64,000 bases of DNA, taken from Raja brachyura (taxonomy: Eukaryota). Within the stretch, counting starts at the first letter, position 1; every line of letters begins with the position of its first letter. Location: the NCBI GenBank assembly GCA_963514005.1, contig OY740816.1, positions 18,352,001-18,416,000 of the forward strand. Direction: 5' to 3'. A program made the position numbers and the translations under genes. Shown one piece after another: positions 35,529-48,357 of this stretch. Below the pieces are notes generated by a model, which saw only the letters and a list, made by a program, of their open reading frames with translations, had not been told where the DNA came from and made no database searches.

Positions 35529-35839
35529 TGACACAGTTGTGGGGCTTGTTGGGTCAGAGAGGAGCATTCTTACATAATGGTGCAAGAGTGAAATCTTATA
35601 TCGGCACTTCCCACAGGAACAGCGTGCACCATGAAGAACTGAGATTAACCAGTTGAGTTTTTTTATTATAATTTTATACTATAATTTGACAAAGTTATGG
35701 TCAATATTTTAATTCCAAACTGGCATAGGCAGCGAAACACACATCACCCAGAGTATTGCTATGGCATTACACATCTCTCCTCGTGCAGCTAGACACCAAT
35801 TAAAAATAATGATGTTTTCCTTTATTCTTAATTGTCAAT

Positions 35840-36370
35840 GGTGCTGTGACTCCTCTTCATAATTAACAGGGCTCTCAATCACATTTGTTCCATTTCCCAC
35901 AATTCTGTTCTTAACCTCCTCTCCTCCCACGCAACAAAAATATAGGGATCTCTTTGTCCTCAACATCCACCCACCAGCCTCTATATTTAACACATTTCCT
36001 CGATTATTTATGCTACTGAAAGCCACCACTGGATGCATCTTCCCATTCTCTCATCTTTCAGCAATCTAAAGGGACCATTTTGCAACTTGCAGCTTCATTC
36101 TTCCATCTCCACCAAAACTCACTCCTCTTCCCTTGCAACCTGCCCTTAATCAAACCACTTTATGAAACACAGCTTTATTTAATCTGCAAAGGTGACCCTG
36201 AGCTTCCACATGCCTGTCACTTTAATTCCCCATCCCACTCCCTCATTGCCCCCTGTCTTTAGTTTTGTACCCTCTTTCAGTAAAATGTAAGCTTCAGAAA
36301 CAATGTCTGATCCTTTGACCTGGAACATTAAAGCCCTCAGGATTCATCACTGAATTCAGCAATTTCAGAT
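35840..36370 (+). mobile_element. Older Penelope-like element fragment
   Basis: Degenerate LVLxxHPPA../TTGCIFP../HACHFNSPSHS segments recognised as chondrichthyan PLE ORF ends. Confidence 0.6.
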
Positions 36371-37026
36371 AGTCACCATTTCAAGAATGTATCAGAATAA
36401 TGTAATGAAAGGTCATTTATTTGTAACATTTACCCAGTTTATTCTCTCTCCTGAAGCAGCCTTTAGAGTGATACAGCGTGGAAACAGGTCCTTCGGCCCA
36501 ACTTCCCCACACCGGCCAACATGTGTCAGCTACACTAGTCCCACCTGCCCGCGCTTGGTCCATATCCCTCCAAACCTGTCCTATCCATGTACCTGTCTGT
36601 TTCTTAAATGTTGGGATAGTCCCTGCCTCAACTACCTCCTCTAGCAGCTTGTTCCAAACACCCACCACCCTTTGTATGAAGTTTACTCTCTCTACAGATG
36701 CAGCCTATCTTGCCAGGTTATTCATCACGCTCTTTTCTCTTCCTCATTGAGATTTCCAGCGTCCATTTCCCTTTGCTTTTCATACACCATTATTGCTTGT
36801 TTGATGGCATTACTTACCAGCCGTGATTAGACCCTCTTTGACCCACTGAACACAAACATCTGCCTAAGTTGGATGTTCATAGTTATTCAATAACACCGAG
36901 ACGTGATGTATTATAGAAAGAGACAAATATTTTCCAGTATTCCAAACCCTGCTGATTCAAATACAAATGTTAGTCTAGCACCTGGACACTGGTTTTGGTG
37001 TAGTAGTACTCAGCCCAGGTAGCTTT

Positions 37027-37510
37027 GGCACTTTCCCAGGCAACTGCACCAGGTGCCACACCTGTTCTTTTATCTTTTCTCTTTCTACCATTCAAACATT
37101 CCCTGCAGCTGAAAGAATGAACCACTTGCACTTCCTCTAAGGTAATATATTCCATTCAGTGCTCTCAAGGTGGTCTCCTTCACACAAACCTCAGATATGG
37201 TGATTGCTTTGCAGAATACCTGCATTCGCCACAGTGGTGACTCTTGAGTTTTCTTTTCTCTCTCACAATTCTCTACCCCAGTCCCACTCTGCCCTATTGT
37301 GGCCTCCTGCCCTGTTTTCATGTAAACTTGGGAACAGTACCCCATCTTCCGTATTGCTGCCTTTTGGATTTATTATCAAATTCTACATTTTCAGCAAACT
37401 CACTCTCTCTGATCAGTCTGAAGAAGGGTCTCGACCCGAAACGTCATTCATTCCTTCTCTCGAGAGATGCTGCCTGTCCCGCTGAGTTTCTCCAACATTT
37501 TGTGTCTACT
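37027..37510 (+). mobile_element. Penelope-like element 3' fragment: degenerate GIY-YIG endonuclease followed by hammerhead-motif terminus
   Basis: GTFPGNCTRCHTCSF..TCTSSKVIYSIQCSQGGLLH..GDCFAEYLHS, then ctgaagaagggtctcgacccgaaacgtc at 37418-37445. Confidence 0.8.
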
Positions 37511-38009
37511 CTCTGTACCAGATCTGGCACGTTTACCCCTGGGTCATCTATCTGCATATCAGATTAGTTTTCACTACACTAATGCTGTTTGAGCATTTGT
37601 TACGGTTCTGCATTTCACATCTTTGAGTGTTTTTTTCCCCTCTCTATTTATTTAATAACTTATTTTGTTCCTTTGTTAACTTTCTCACTCATTAACGTCC
37701 TGCACTGGCTATCAACTGGGTGACTTCATGCAGTGGCCTCACCATATCAAAGATATGAACTGATATTCATCTCCCCCTTATCCTCTTTGCAACTGAAAGT
37801 TAACTTTTATTCCTTCTTTCCCAGTTTTGAAAAGAGATCTTCAACCTTAATGGGTTACACAAAAAGCTGGAGAAACTCAGTGGGTGCAGCAGCATCTAAG
37901 GAGCGAAGGAGATAGGCGACGTTTCGGGTCGAGACCTTTCTTCAACCTTAATCATTACTTTTTTTTCTCTTTCCACAGATGCCTATCCGACCTGTGGAGT
38001 ATTTCCAGA

Positions 38010-38144
38010 NNNNNNNNNNNNNNNNNNNNNNNNNNNNNNNNNNNNNNNNNNNNNNNNNNNNNNNNNNNNNNNNNNNNNNNNNNNNNNNNNNNNNNNNNNN
38101 NNNNNNNNNNNNNNNNNNNNNNNNNNNNNNNNNNNNNNNNNNNN
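38010..38144. other. Assembly gap (135 N)
   Basis: Run of N. Confidence 1.
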
Positions 38145-38224
38145 TGGAAACAACTGACTCGAAAGAAGCTGAGGAAACATTTGCAGAAGATCCACAGTGC
38201 TAAAATGTTGTTTCCATCAGCAGT

Positions 38225-38925
38225 TGGAACAGTACAGCACAGGAACAGGCCCTTCAGCCCACAATGTTGGTGCCAAACATGATGACAAGTAGAACTAATC
38301 TCATCTGCCTGTACATGATCCAAATCCCTGTATTCCCTGCACTATCTAACAAGCCTCTTAAACGGCACTATCGTATCTGCCGCCTCCATCACCACTAGCA
38401 GTACGTTCCAGTCCACCTTCGTTTAAAAAAGCGCCCTGCACATCTCCATTAAATTTTCCCTCTTTCACATTATTGCTATGCCCTCTAGTGATGTACATTT
38501 TTACTTTGTGAAAAATATTTTGACTGTCTACCCTGATAATTTTGTATACTTCTAAAATGTCATCCCACAACCTCCATGGAGAACAATCCAAGTCTATCGA
38601 AACCCTCCGTGTAACTGAAATCCTCTAATCCAGGCACCATTCTGGTAAACTTCCTCTGCACCCTTTCAAAAGCCTCCACATCTTTTCTGCAATGGGGCGA
38701 CCAGAACTGCACGTAATACTCCAAACATGGTCCAACCAAAGTCCTATAGAGCTGCATCATAGCTTCCTGACTCATATATTCAATGCCCCTAGCAAAGAAG
38801 GCAAAGCATACCATACGCCTTCTTAACCGCCCTATCTACTTGTGCTGCCGCCTTCTGTGAGCTACGAGCTTGAACTCCAAGATCCCTCTGCACATCAATG
38901 CTGTTAAGGATCTTGCCATTAACTG
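38225..38925 (-). mobile_element. CR1-type LINE 3' fragment (different subfamily)
   Basis: VQRDLGV..VKKAYGML; LYRTLVGPCLEYYVQFWSPH. Confidence 0.88.
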
Positions 38926-41900
38926 TATAAATAGCTAGTGTCAGTCTTTTCCATCTGCCTAAGATGTGACTACTTACTGTGCCCACATGAGACAGAGAAG
39001 TTCTAACTTATGGAAGGCACAAATCGCTGGAGTAACTCAGAGGGACAGACATCATCTCTGGGGAGATGGAATGGATGACATTTCGGTTCAAGACCCTTCT
39101 TAAGACTGAAGAAGGGTCTTGACCCGAAACGTCACCCATTCCTTCTCCCCAGAGATGCTGCCTGTCCCGCTGAGTTACTCCAGCATTTTGTGTCTACCTT
39201 ATATTTGGAATACTCTGTACTCTGCTGAGTATCAAACCAAAATAAAGATATATGTTAACTGTCTGCCGGAATCATCAGAATATTATTAGGGTTGCAAGGG
39301 CTAATTCCTAAAAATAAATTATGTAAATTGTGCTTGCATTTCCTTGGAAGTGGTTATTAGAATTAATTGGATGGTAAAATGCTCCTATCCTTGTAATACA
39401 AGCCTTCCTTTAACATAATCAATATTATATTAGGTAGATGGGACTAGGTGAGTGTAAGTGTTTGGCATGGACTAGAAGGGCCGAGATGGCCTGTTTCCAT
39501 GCTGTAATTGTTATATGGTTATATGGTTATTGTTGTGACCCAGCATGTAATTAATAGGGATGTTAATGTGTTTGAAACAAAGCCAAGCAGACATCTCCCA
39601 GTTAGACAGGAGTTTTGGAAAGTCTGCACCAGAGACATCTCAATGGGGTATGTGTCATTGTAGTCCTAACCCCTTAAAATCTCTACTATTGGAACCGTGA
39701 TGTTATCATGGTGCCTGAACAACTGGATCTTGGCTTTGGACAGGCAACAGTTACATAATAATGTGTTTTGAAAAATTAATGTTGAATTCATAGGTCAAGT
39801 TTAATAAAAATCCAGAAACATGAAATAAACTATTTCGAAAGAAGCTTATGGATGTATTGAAGAATAGCTGACAATTATTGAGTATTGTTTTCACAAAAGT
39901 GAACAATTTTCATTTATATAGCACTTGTCACATCACCCCAAAAATGTTTACTATCAACCAAGATTTTTTAATTAATGGTCAATTACATAATTAGGTAATC
40001 TAGGTAGTCACATTATGGATTGCAAGCTCCCATAAATATGATAAAGGTTATTTTGAAGGTGAAAGTATTGGTTGGAAAAAATTAAGGGAAAATAGTGCCC
40101 TTGGATCATTTGCCCCAACTGAAAGCAGATGGGGTCATGGAATGACGTCACCTTTAAAATAACATATATTTATTCAAGAGATGCGGGTGTCATTGATCAT
40201 TTATCATCAGGGTCAGACTCAGGATCTTTGTAAATGGATCCCGACTCAAAATGTCGCTATCCATTTCTGTCCACAGATACTGCCTGTCCTGTTACTACAG
40301 CACTTTGTGTTTTGCTCAAGATTCCAGCATCTGCAGTTCCTTGTGATTCCAAGTGAACTACAATACTACCTTATCCCCTGAAGGATAGCACAAGGAGTTT
40401 AAATCTCTTAGGGAGAATTTCTAGGCACTTTCCATTCAGCAAAAAAACATGTTTCATTTGTATTTAGTTTACGCAACAATATTGATGATTGCAACATGCT
40501 GAGAGTACTGTTTAGGAAGAAACTCAGATGCTGGTTTACATCGATGATAGACACAAAATGCTGGAGTAACTCAGCGTGACAGGTAGCATTTCTGGATAGA
40601 AGGAATGGGTGATGTTTTGGATCGAGACCCGAAACGTCACCCATTTCTTCTATCCAGAGATGCTGCCTGTCCTGCTGAGTTACTTCAGCAATTTGTGTCA
40701 ACAAATGGACTGTTTCCCAGTAAGATACTTTTTGGCTGGGGCTGGAATGAGTTTGCTGTCCAACAACGTAAGTGAGTTATTTTTTAGGCATTTGTTCAGT
40801 GTAGACTTGTCGATACATTACCCACATACCATTCAGAGCTGCCTCAGAGGAATTCCATGAAAACAGCCAAATGATCAAACAGGCAAGTCTGAACTAGGTA
40901 GGAATAAGCCAATCAAGGTTAAAATGTGCCTGACTAGAGTTAAATACTTTGACTGTAGCTTGCAGGACCTCCTGGATATATTCTGGACATTATCCTGAGC
41001 TTTTGTAAGGGATTGTTTAACTTTTTCACTTCCTCAATAGTTATTAAGAGAAAGGTACTAGCCTGGAGTGTGAAAAGTTATTTGAACGGGATTGGAAGCC
41101 AGAGGCCAATAAATGTGAGTACAAACTAAGGAAGTCATAAAGTAAATATCATCAAAACTTCACTCTATTGCACTGAATCATCAAGGGAGTCGGGAGACCT
41201 GAGACTAGGAAGGAAAAACATTTGACTGTTTCATTTGGTGTAGCAACACACATTTATTCTTGGTTGTTTCAAACAAAACGTCAACAGGTAATTAAAGGCT
41301 TTTCAAATCTTTTTGCTGCTCTAGACAGTGGCTGAAGAACCATAACAAATGAACAGAAGCATTAGGTTCAACTGCTGAATTGATGTACATTAGCAGCAGG
41401 TGGGTGAGCTCGATTTGGCATGTGCTCCTTGAATTAGAGGATGGTTATTCCAAAATATTGCAAAGAATGAGTAGCCCCAAAATAGGCCATTTGGCCTTAC
41501 AGATACATTCATGCCTATTATGCAGAAGATGATTTTATTTAATATTAATGAACATTAATATTGTTTCTCGATTAATAATTGTGAGGTAGTTATAATAAAT
41601 AGAACTAAGAATATGTGTTATGGTTGTGGACTTTAGAGAATTCACAGAGATGTAACTTCAAAGTGCAAAGTTGAAACTGAGTGGGTAAACGTGTTTGACA
41701 TCAGGCCCATAAACCAAAAACTACCAAGTCCACAATGAGATATGAGTCCTAAAGTGCTTAATCTTGCTAAATGACAGGTAAAGTATTTTGACAACAATAT
41801 TTTGTCCATTGCTCATCATTCTAGTATTGATATGAACTGTAGATAATGCAAGATTAAGTACTTTAGGACTCATATTTCAGTTGAACTCTTATCTGCAGTT

Positions 41901-42682
41901 CATACCAATAGCAGAATCATGAGCAATCAACAAAATATCTTTGTTCTGAAGTAGGGTCTCCACCCGAAACGTCACCCATTCCTTCACTCCATAGATGCTG
42001 CCTCACCCAGCATTTATTTTCTCCAGCATTTTTGTCTACTTTCGATTGTTCCAGCACCTGCAGTTCCATCTCAAACACATATCTTTGTCTGTTACTTTAC
42101 CTGTCATTTATAATGATACAAATTCACATGTTATTTTATATAATTTCAACTGAGTTTGCTTTTGCCATCTCCAAGCAATTAATTTGCTTCTTCATCCAGT
42201 CTGTGGAAGACATTCCTAAATCTATCTTCTGAATGACAAATGTGGGAATCTTTTGTTGTACAAGGCCTCTGGAGCGAGGAAATCCCATTGAGATGTATTA
42301 TAACATGGCGGAGAAGTACTTTTGGCACTAATTCATGATCTCATTTCCCACATATAAGATGATAAGAGAATGCAAGAGAACCTTAGAGATGCTATGATCA
42401 TAGCCACTGTCTTGATGGGAAGCCTCGATCCAAAATGCCGACTATCTATTTCCCTCCATAGATGCTGCCTGGCCCGCTCATTTCCTCCAGCTTCCCTCCT
42501 TTTTCTGGCTTCAGATTATAGCATCTGCAACCTGGTGTTCCTCAAGAATGGAGGTCTGAATATGGTAATTATAGTGGGGTCTTCCGGTTATCTGATGCAG
42601 GGAAAGTCCTAACAAGGATCCTCCTCATCTGTCCCCTCATATCACCTGAGGAGTCATAATAGCAAATTTCCATCAAGAAATT

Positions 42683-43415
42683 TGGGGAGATGCAGCGCGA
42701 CCTGGGTGTCAAGGTACACCAGTCATTGAAAGTAGGCATGCAGGTGCAGCAGGCAGTGAAGAAAGCGAATGGTATGTTAGCTTTCATAGCAAAAGGATTT
42801 GAGTATAGGAGCAGGGAGTTTCTACTTCAGTTGTATAGGGTCTTGGTGAGACCACACCTGGAGTATTGCGTACAGTTCTGGTCTCCAAATCTGAGGAAGG
42901 ACATTATTGCCATAGAGGGTGCAGAGAAGGTTCACCAGACTGATTCCTGGGATGTCAGGACTGTCTTATGAACAAAGACTGCATAGACTCCGTTTATACT
43001 CTCTAGAATTTAGGAGATTGAGAGGGGATCTTATAGAAACTTACAAAATTCTTAAGGGGTTGGACAGGCTAGATGCAGGAAGATTGTTCCCGATGTTGGG
43101 AGGTCCAGGACAAGGAGTCACAGCTTAAGGATAAGGGGGAAATCCTTATTTAGGACCGAGATGAGAAGGACTTTTTTCACACAGAGAGTGGTGCGTCTCT
43201 GGAACTCTCTGCCACAGAGGGTAGTTGAGGCCAGTTCATTGGCTATATTTAAGAGGGAGTTAGATGTGGCCCTTGTGGCTAAGGGGGTCAGAGGGTATGG
43301 AGAGAAGGCAGGTACGGGATACTGAGTTGGATGATCAGCCATGATCACATTGAATGGTGGTGGAGGCTCGAAGGGCCGAATGGCCTATTCCTGCACCTAT
43401 TTTCTATGTTTCTAA
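42683..43415 (+). mobile_element. CR1/HER1 LINE 3' fragment
   Basis: [32 protein letters not shown]; 3' UTR ending ttttctatgtttcta. Confidence 0.92.
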
Positions 43416-43800
43416 ATTCTATGAACATATTGTTGCATGTGAAAAATCAATGAAAAATGCAGAAGACAGCTCCAACCATAAAATATTTTTTGATACTGTA
43501 TAAAGATTTAACACCGCCCAAATATGGATGATTCCTTTCAGATGTGGCTGTCTTGCAAAAGCCATTGGATCCAACATCTGCTGCCCAATCATATAGAATC
43601 TGTGATCTATCAAACTTCCTAATTGAAACACTGCACTTCACCTCCAACTGGAGTGTTGCTCTACATTTGGAGCAGAAAACTGTTCAATTTCCATTGCATC
43701 TTCTTCAAAGTCAAGACAGTCCAACTTTAGAAAACATGCTCCACATTATTGACTCCTTCAATTTAGTGAAAAGATGGTCCTCACACAAAACATCCAGAAG

Positions 43801-44375
43801 ACTATTGATCCATAGGCCAGGAGCTTGAGATTTTGGCAGTTGTTCATCCTTCATCAGCCAAGGTCTGACTATTGCACTGCAGGTGATGAATTTTGTTATC
43901 AATTTCTTCAGCATGAAAAAGAAATGTAACACTCAAAATGGAGGAGCATTTTGGATGATCCTAAGAACCATGTGCTTTGATGAAGGTCCTGGGATGAACA
44001 TTAATTTACAGTTTCAAGCTGCCGATGATCATTGGTTATTGTAGGGAGCAGTGATTACAACGTAGCAAAACAAGATTAGTAGAGGACCTTTCTCTACTAA
44101 TCTTGTTTTGCTACATTATAATCACTGCTCCCTACAATAACCAATGATCATCGGCAGCTTGAAACTGTAAATTAATGTTCATCCCAGGACCTTCATCAAA
44201 GCACATGGTTCTTAGGATCATCCAAAATGCTCCTCCATTTTGAGTGTTACATTTCTTTTTCATGCTGAAGAAATTGATAACAAAATTCATCACCTGCAGT
44301 GCAATAGTCATCCCTTGGCTGATGAAGGATGAACAACTGCCAAAATCTCAAACTCCTGGCCTATGGATCAATAGT
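43801..44375. repeat. Near-perfect 575-bp palindrome (284-bp arms, 7-nt loop)
   Basis: 43801-44084 is the reverse complement of 44092-44375 with about 5 mismatches. Confidence 0.95.
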
Positions 44376-47300
44376 GATCATTGCTGCTTTGGGGTCAATC
44401 CTAACCGACAGTAGAGACCTCAGGAACTGGAGAAATAGCGCCATTGTTATGTCCACAAAATCCTGCAAGTCATTTGGCAGAAGATGTGAAGCAAGGTTGA
44501 TGAACTCAATGTACTCAGCAGCGAGGCCTGATCATATTCAACAACCCTCATTGAATGAGATGCATTGTGGATATGTCTGTCACCAGCCTTTCAAAAGCAA
44601 TCATTCTACCTTGAGTTCTGTAACAGGCAGACATTTCCAGGAAGGCAGAGGAGAAAGTGCTTCAAAGATGTTCTTCAAGCCACCTTGAAGAAATGTAACA
44701 TTCACAATCACCGATGGGAAACCCTGCTTAAAATTGAGCAGCATTTGGGATGGGACTGAGAACCTTGAGTTTCAGTGACAGGAGCACACTGAGTCAATGC
44801 ACAAATAATAGCGGAAGTGCACAATAGCCTAAAATACAGACCCTTTTTTTTGCTCCATTTGTGGAAGAATCAGCAATCTTGCATAAACACTCTTTCAATT
44901 ATCCAAAACTAGAGTGGGAGCAAATCATCCTTGAGCTTAAAAGACTCCCTCGGCACCTATTGACCTGAGATAATTACTTGTTTTCAAACAACTATGATTG
45001 CTGCCTGAAACAGTTAGTGTGCCCAATAAAGTAGTGAAATCAAGTGTCAGATGATGCAAGTTAAGTCCCAAGCACAATTTTCACATCAATATTTAACTTC
45101 CTCAGTACATTCAAACAATAGAGAGGTGCAGATTGGCAAGTGGCCATTACCAACATCAGTTAACTAAATCTTCACTAGCTGCAGTTTAAAGTACTGGAAT
45201 GGTTTGAGACATTTAATGAGTGGATTATATTATATTATATTAATTGAATGTGAAGGGCATATGGTGAATCATAAATTCAAATGGCATAGAAGGAATTGAT
45301 CCATTGTGCCTGTGCGTGTATCCAATTATATCTTTCAATTTTGCTCTTTCTCCCAACCTTTTCTCCCCAGTTAGTTCCCATGTACTTTGCCTTGAAGCAA
45401 AACCCAAGCCGCAACAGTGGATAACCAGTCAGGCTGCACTTCCTGTTTGTGTTAATCAGGTGACTGCTAGCATTTACTCATTTCCCTCTGGGCGACTGGA
45501 AGGATGACAGTGATCTAGGGTTGGTGCGGACAAGCCTCTCCCTTCTTGGGCCTCTTTGATTTGACTCGGGCCATCCTGTTGACTCCTTCAGCTAGATTTG
45601 CCGTTTTCATAAATGAAGAACAATTTGCAGAGTTGTGGGAAAGGGTTAGAGACAGTTGGGTTCATTGGACAGTCCTTTCAAAGAAGTAGCATAGATACAA
45701 TGGGCCAAATGGCCATATATGAATGAGTCTATGGTTCGCGACTCTCAAAGGCTTAAGCTCCATCAACATAATACTGGAGTTTGATCATCAGTCATAAACC
45801 ATGTCTGTCTCTACCTGTTTCCCAGACAAGGTTAATCAGATAATGTGATTGTTACTATGCCAACTGAAATCCATTTCCTTTCTCCCTGGGAACTCTGTCC
45901 CCTTGCAATGGTATTCTGTTCTCACATTGGCTTCCGATGAGCGACTGCAATGCTGAAGCTTCTGGAAAGTTCTTTTGGTTACGTGCACCCTCTGCTGGAA
46001 GCATTTCACCTGCATTCTAAAATCTATGCTTTCTCTTTGCGTGAAAAATGTACCATATTTGTGTGCCATATTGTGCAGTATATTTAACATAATCCACCTA
46101 GAAATCAGATTGGCATCCTTGGGCAAAAGTTAGAGCTGCAATCTTATGTGAATCTAGCAATGGGTTCAGAAATCTTCATAGCATTGTTGTTTTTTGTCAA
46201 GTATGAACACCACCCCCTCCTTACATTATTTACACAGAAGTGTAATTATTGGATTATTTTATAGTTATATTTTGCCGTAGAAATTGTTCGTAGCCCTCTA
46301 CACTATCCCCACCTGAAGGAAGAAAAGCTATTCAATTTACACACAGCAAGCTTCCACAAGCAGCAATATGTTCATGATTAGGCATTCTGTTGCAGTGATG
46401 TTGAATGAGGAATATCTATAGGAGCAGGATATCAGGAATGATTCCCTTCCTCCATCCAAATCAGCGAGAATATTTTTTATGCTTGTAATTGTATACAAAA
46501 GATATTGAATGCGGTAGCCATATAGGGTGTGAAGCGGAGACTCATCAAATGTTGATAAGAAATTACAGATGCTGGAATTTCAGGCAAAACACAAAGGCTG
46601 TAGGAACTGTATCTTTGGCTGTAGGAACTCAGCAGGTCAGGCAACATTTGGGGAGGGAATGGACAGGCATTATTTCAGGTGGGGACCCTTCTTCAGACTG
46701 AAGGGTCTCAATTTGAATCAATTTGAGTGATCCGCCAAGACTGTCCAGTACTTTGTGTTTGGTAATTAAATGTTGACTGGAACGGAGGGCTGAAGATATC
46801 AGGAGAGAATGGAGAGGCTTGAGTTACTCTAGTTGGAATGGAAGAGGTTGAGTGGTGACCTTAAGGAGGTTTATATTTTGAGGGGGCATAGATAAGATAG
46901 ACAATATATTTTTTAAAGAGGCAGAGGAGTCTAGAGCTAGTGAACATGAGTTTAAGATGTTAAAGAAGGAACTGCAGATGCTGGAAAATCGAGGGTACAC
47001 AAAAGGCTGGAGAAACTCAGCGGGTGTAGCAGCATCTAAGGAGCGAAGGAGATAGGCAATGTTTCGGGCCGAAACCCTTCTTCAGATGAGTTTAAGATGA
47101 CTGGGGCACGCGGACTCTGGACAGGTGAAGGTGAAGTTGAAGCATCTAGTCCTCTGTGCATCTTATCCTTCTAACTCGGACATACACCGGTGGTATAATA
47201 ATTCTTCTTACAATGGCAAAGATTTCAGATTTCGATGGGCAAAGATAACCAGTGCAAAATGAGGAATGGAAAGAGGTGAGACAGGGGCCAGTGGGTGATT

Positions 47301-47564
47301 AGTGCACCAAGGAGAGATGGTAAAATGTTTAAGAGGCTTTTATATAGGTACATGAATATGCAGGGAGTGGAGGGTTATGGATCATGTGCAGGCAGATGAG
47401 ATTAGTTTATCTGGGCATTATGTTCGGCACCGACATCGTGGGCCTATTCCTGTGCTATACTTTTCAAATGTCTGCATTCTCTTGTGTCTCCTCAACATTC
47501 CAATTCGGCCAATATTGGTGATAATAATAATCATTCTTACAGTGGCATTGTCATCTGGATGGTC

Positions 47565-47701
47565 TTCCTCTTCTTTCGTGTGGCGTGCACGGCCTAAAGC
47601 TGTTGGACAACTTGTTCTATTTGATCTTCTGTTTGTGCTCGTCAAGTTGATTGCTTTAGTCGAAACAGGGCGGACCACGTGAAGGTTGCAATCTTCCACC
47701 C
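47565..47701 (-). mobile_element. Short retroposed insertion with 13-bp TSD and (GAA)-like tail (RTE-type 3' end?)
   Basis: catctggatggtc at 47552-47564 and 47702-47714. Confidence 0.65.
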
Positions 47702-48084
47702 CATCTGGATGGTCAAAGCATTCCTACACACCAATTGGAAAGAACAGAACATTTGCACTAACAATTTGGAATCAGAGACCTCTGCAACATGGAAGAAGCC
47801 CGACAGCATCTCTGGAGAGAAGGCATGGGTGACGTTTCGGGTCGAGACCCTTCCCAAAACATCACCCATTCCCTCACTCCAGATGCTGCCTGTCCAGCTG
47901 AGTTACGTCAGCATTTTGTGTCTGTCTTCAGTGTAAACCAGCATCTATAGTTCCTTCCTGCTCATGGAAGAAGGCCATTTGACCCATCCAACTCCTCCAG
48001 CAGATGGTTGACGTGGGTTCAGTTCCCACTCCCCAGCTATTTGAGCAATGATTAGTCCAGTTGCTGAAAATAACTAATTAATAA

Positions 48085-48244
48085 TGTTATGTATTGGTGC
48101 TCGAATCTGACTTAAAATAAGACTCGGAACACACCAGTAATTTAACATGATTGTTGTATTGAAATTGCCATCTTGAGTCTCACTGCGCATGCGTACAATC
48201 GCGCAAGTCATTCAATTATACCATTCATATTCTCATACACAACA
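48085..48244 (-). repeat. 3' LTR of Gypsy element
   Basis: tgttatgtattgg...catacacaaca; adjacent minus-strand polypurine tract aaaggtggaggag. Confidence 0.95.
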
Positions 48245-48357
48245 CTCCTCCACCTTTAACTTAGGCAGTTAACACAATTTCACTGTATATGATATTTTAC
48301 ACAAAATCCATACCGTAACACAAACATTTCTTTGATTATGCAAACATGACTTGATGT

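Noticed and set aside
37884-38323. ORFs spanning poly-X
   Set aside because: Artefacts of the N gap.
45478-45600. Possible minus-strand exon (SQQDGPSQIKEAQEG..)
   Set aside because: Weak splice sites, no homology recognised, and phase incompatible with the main ORF.
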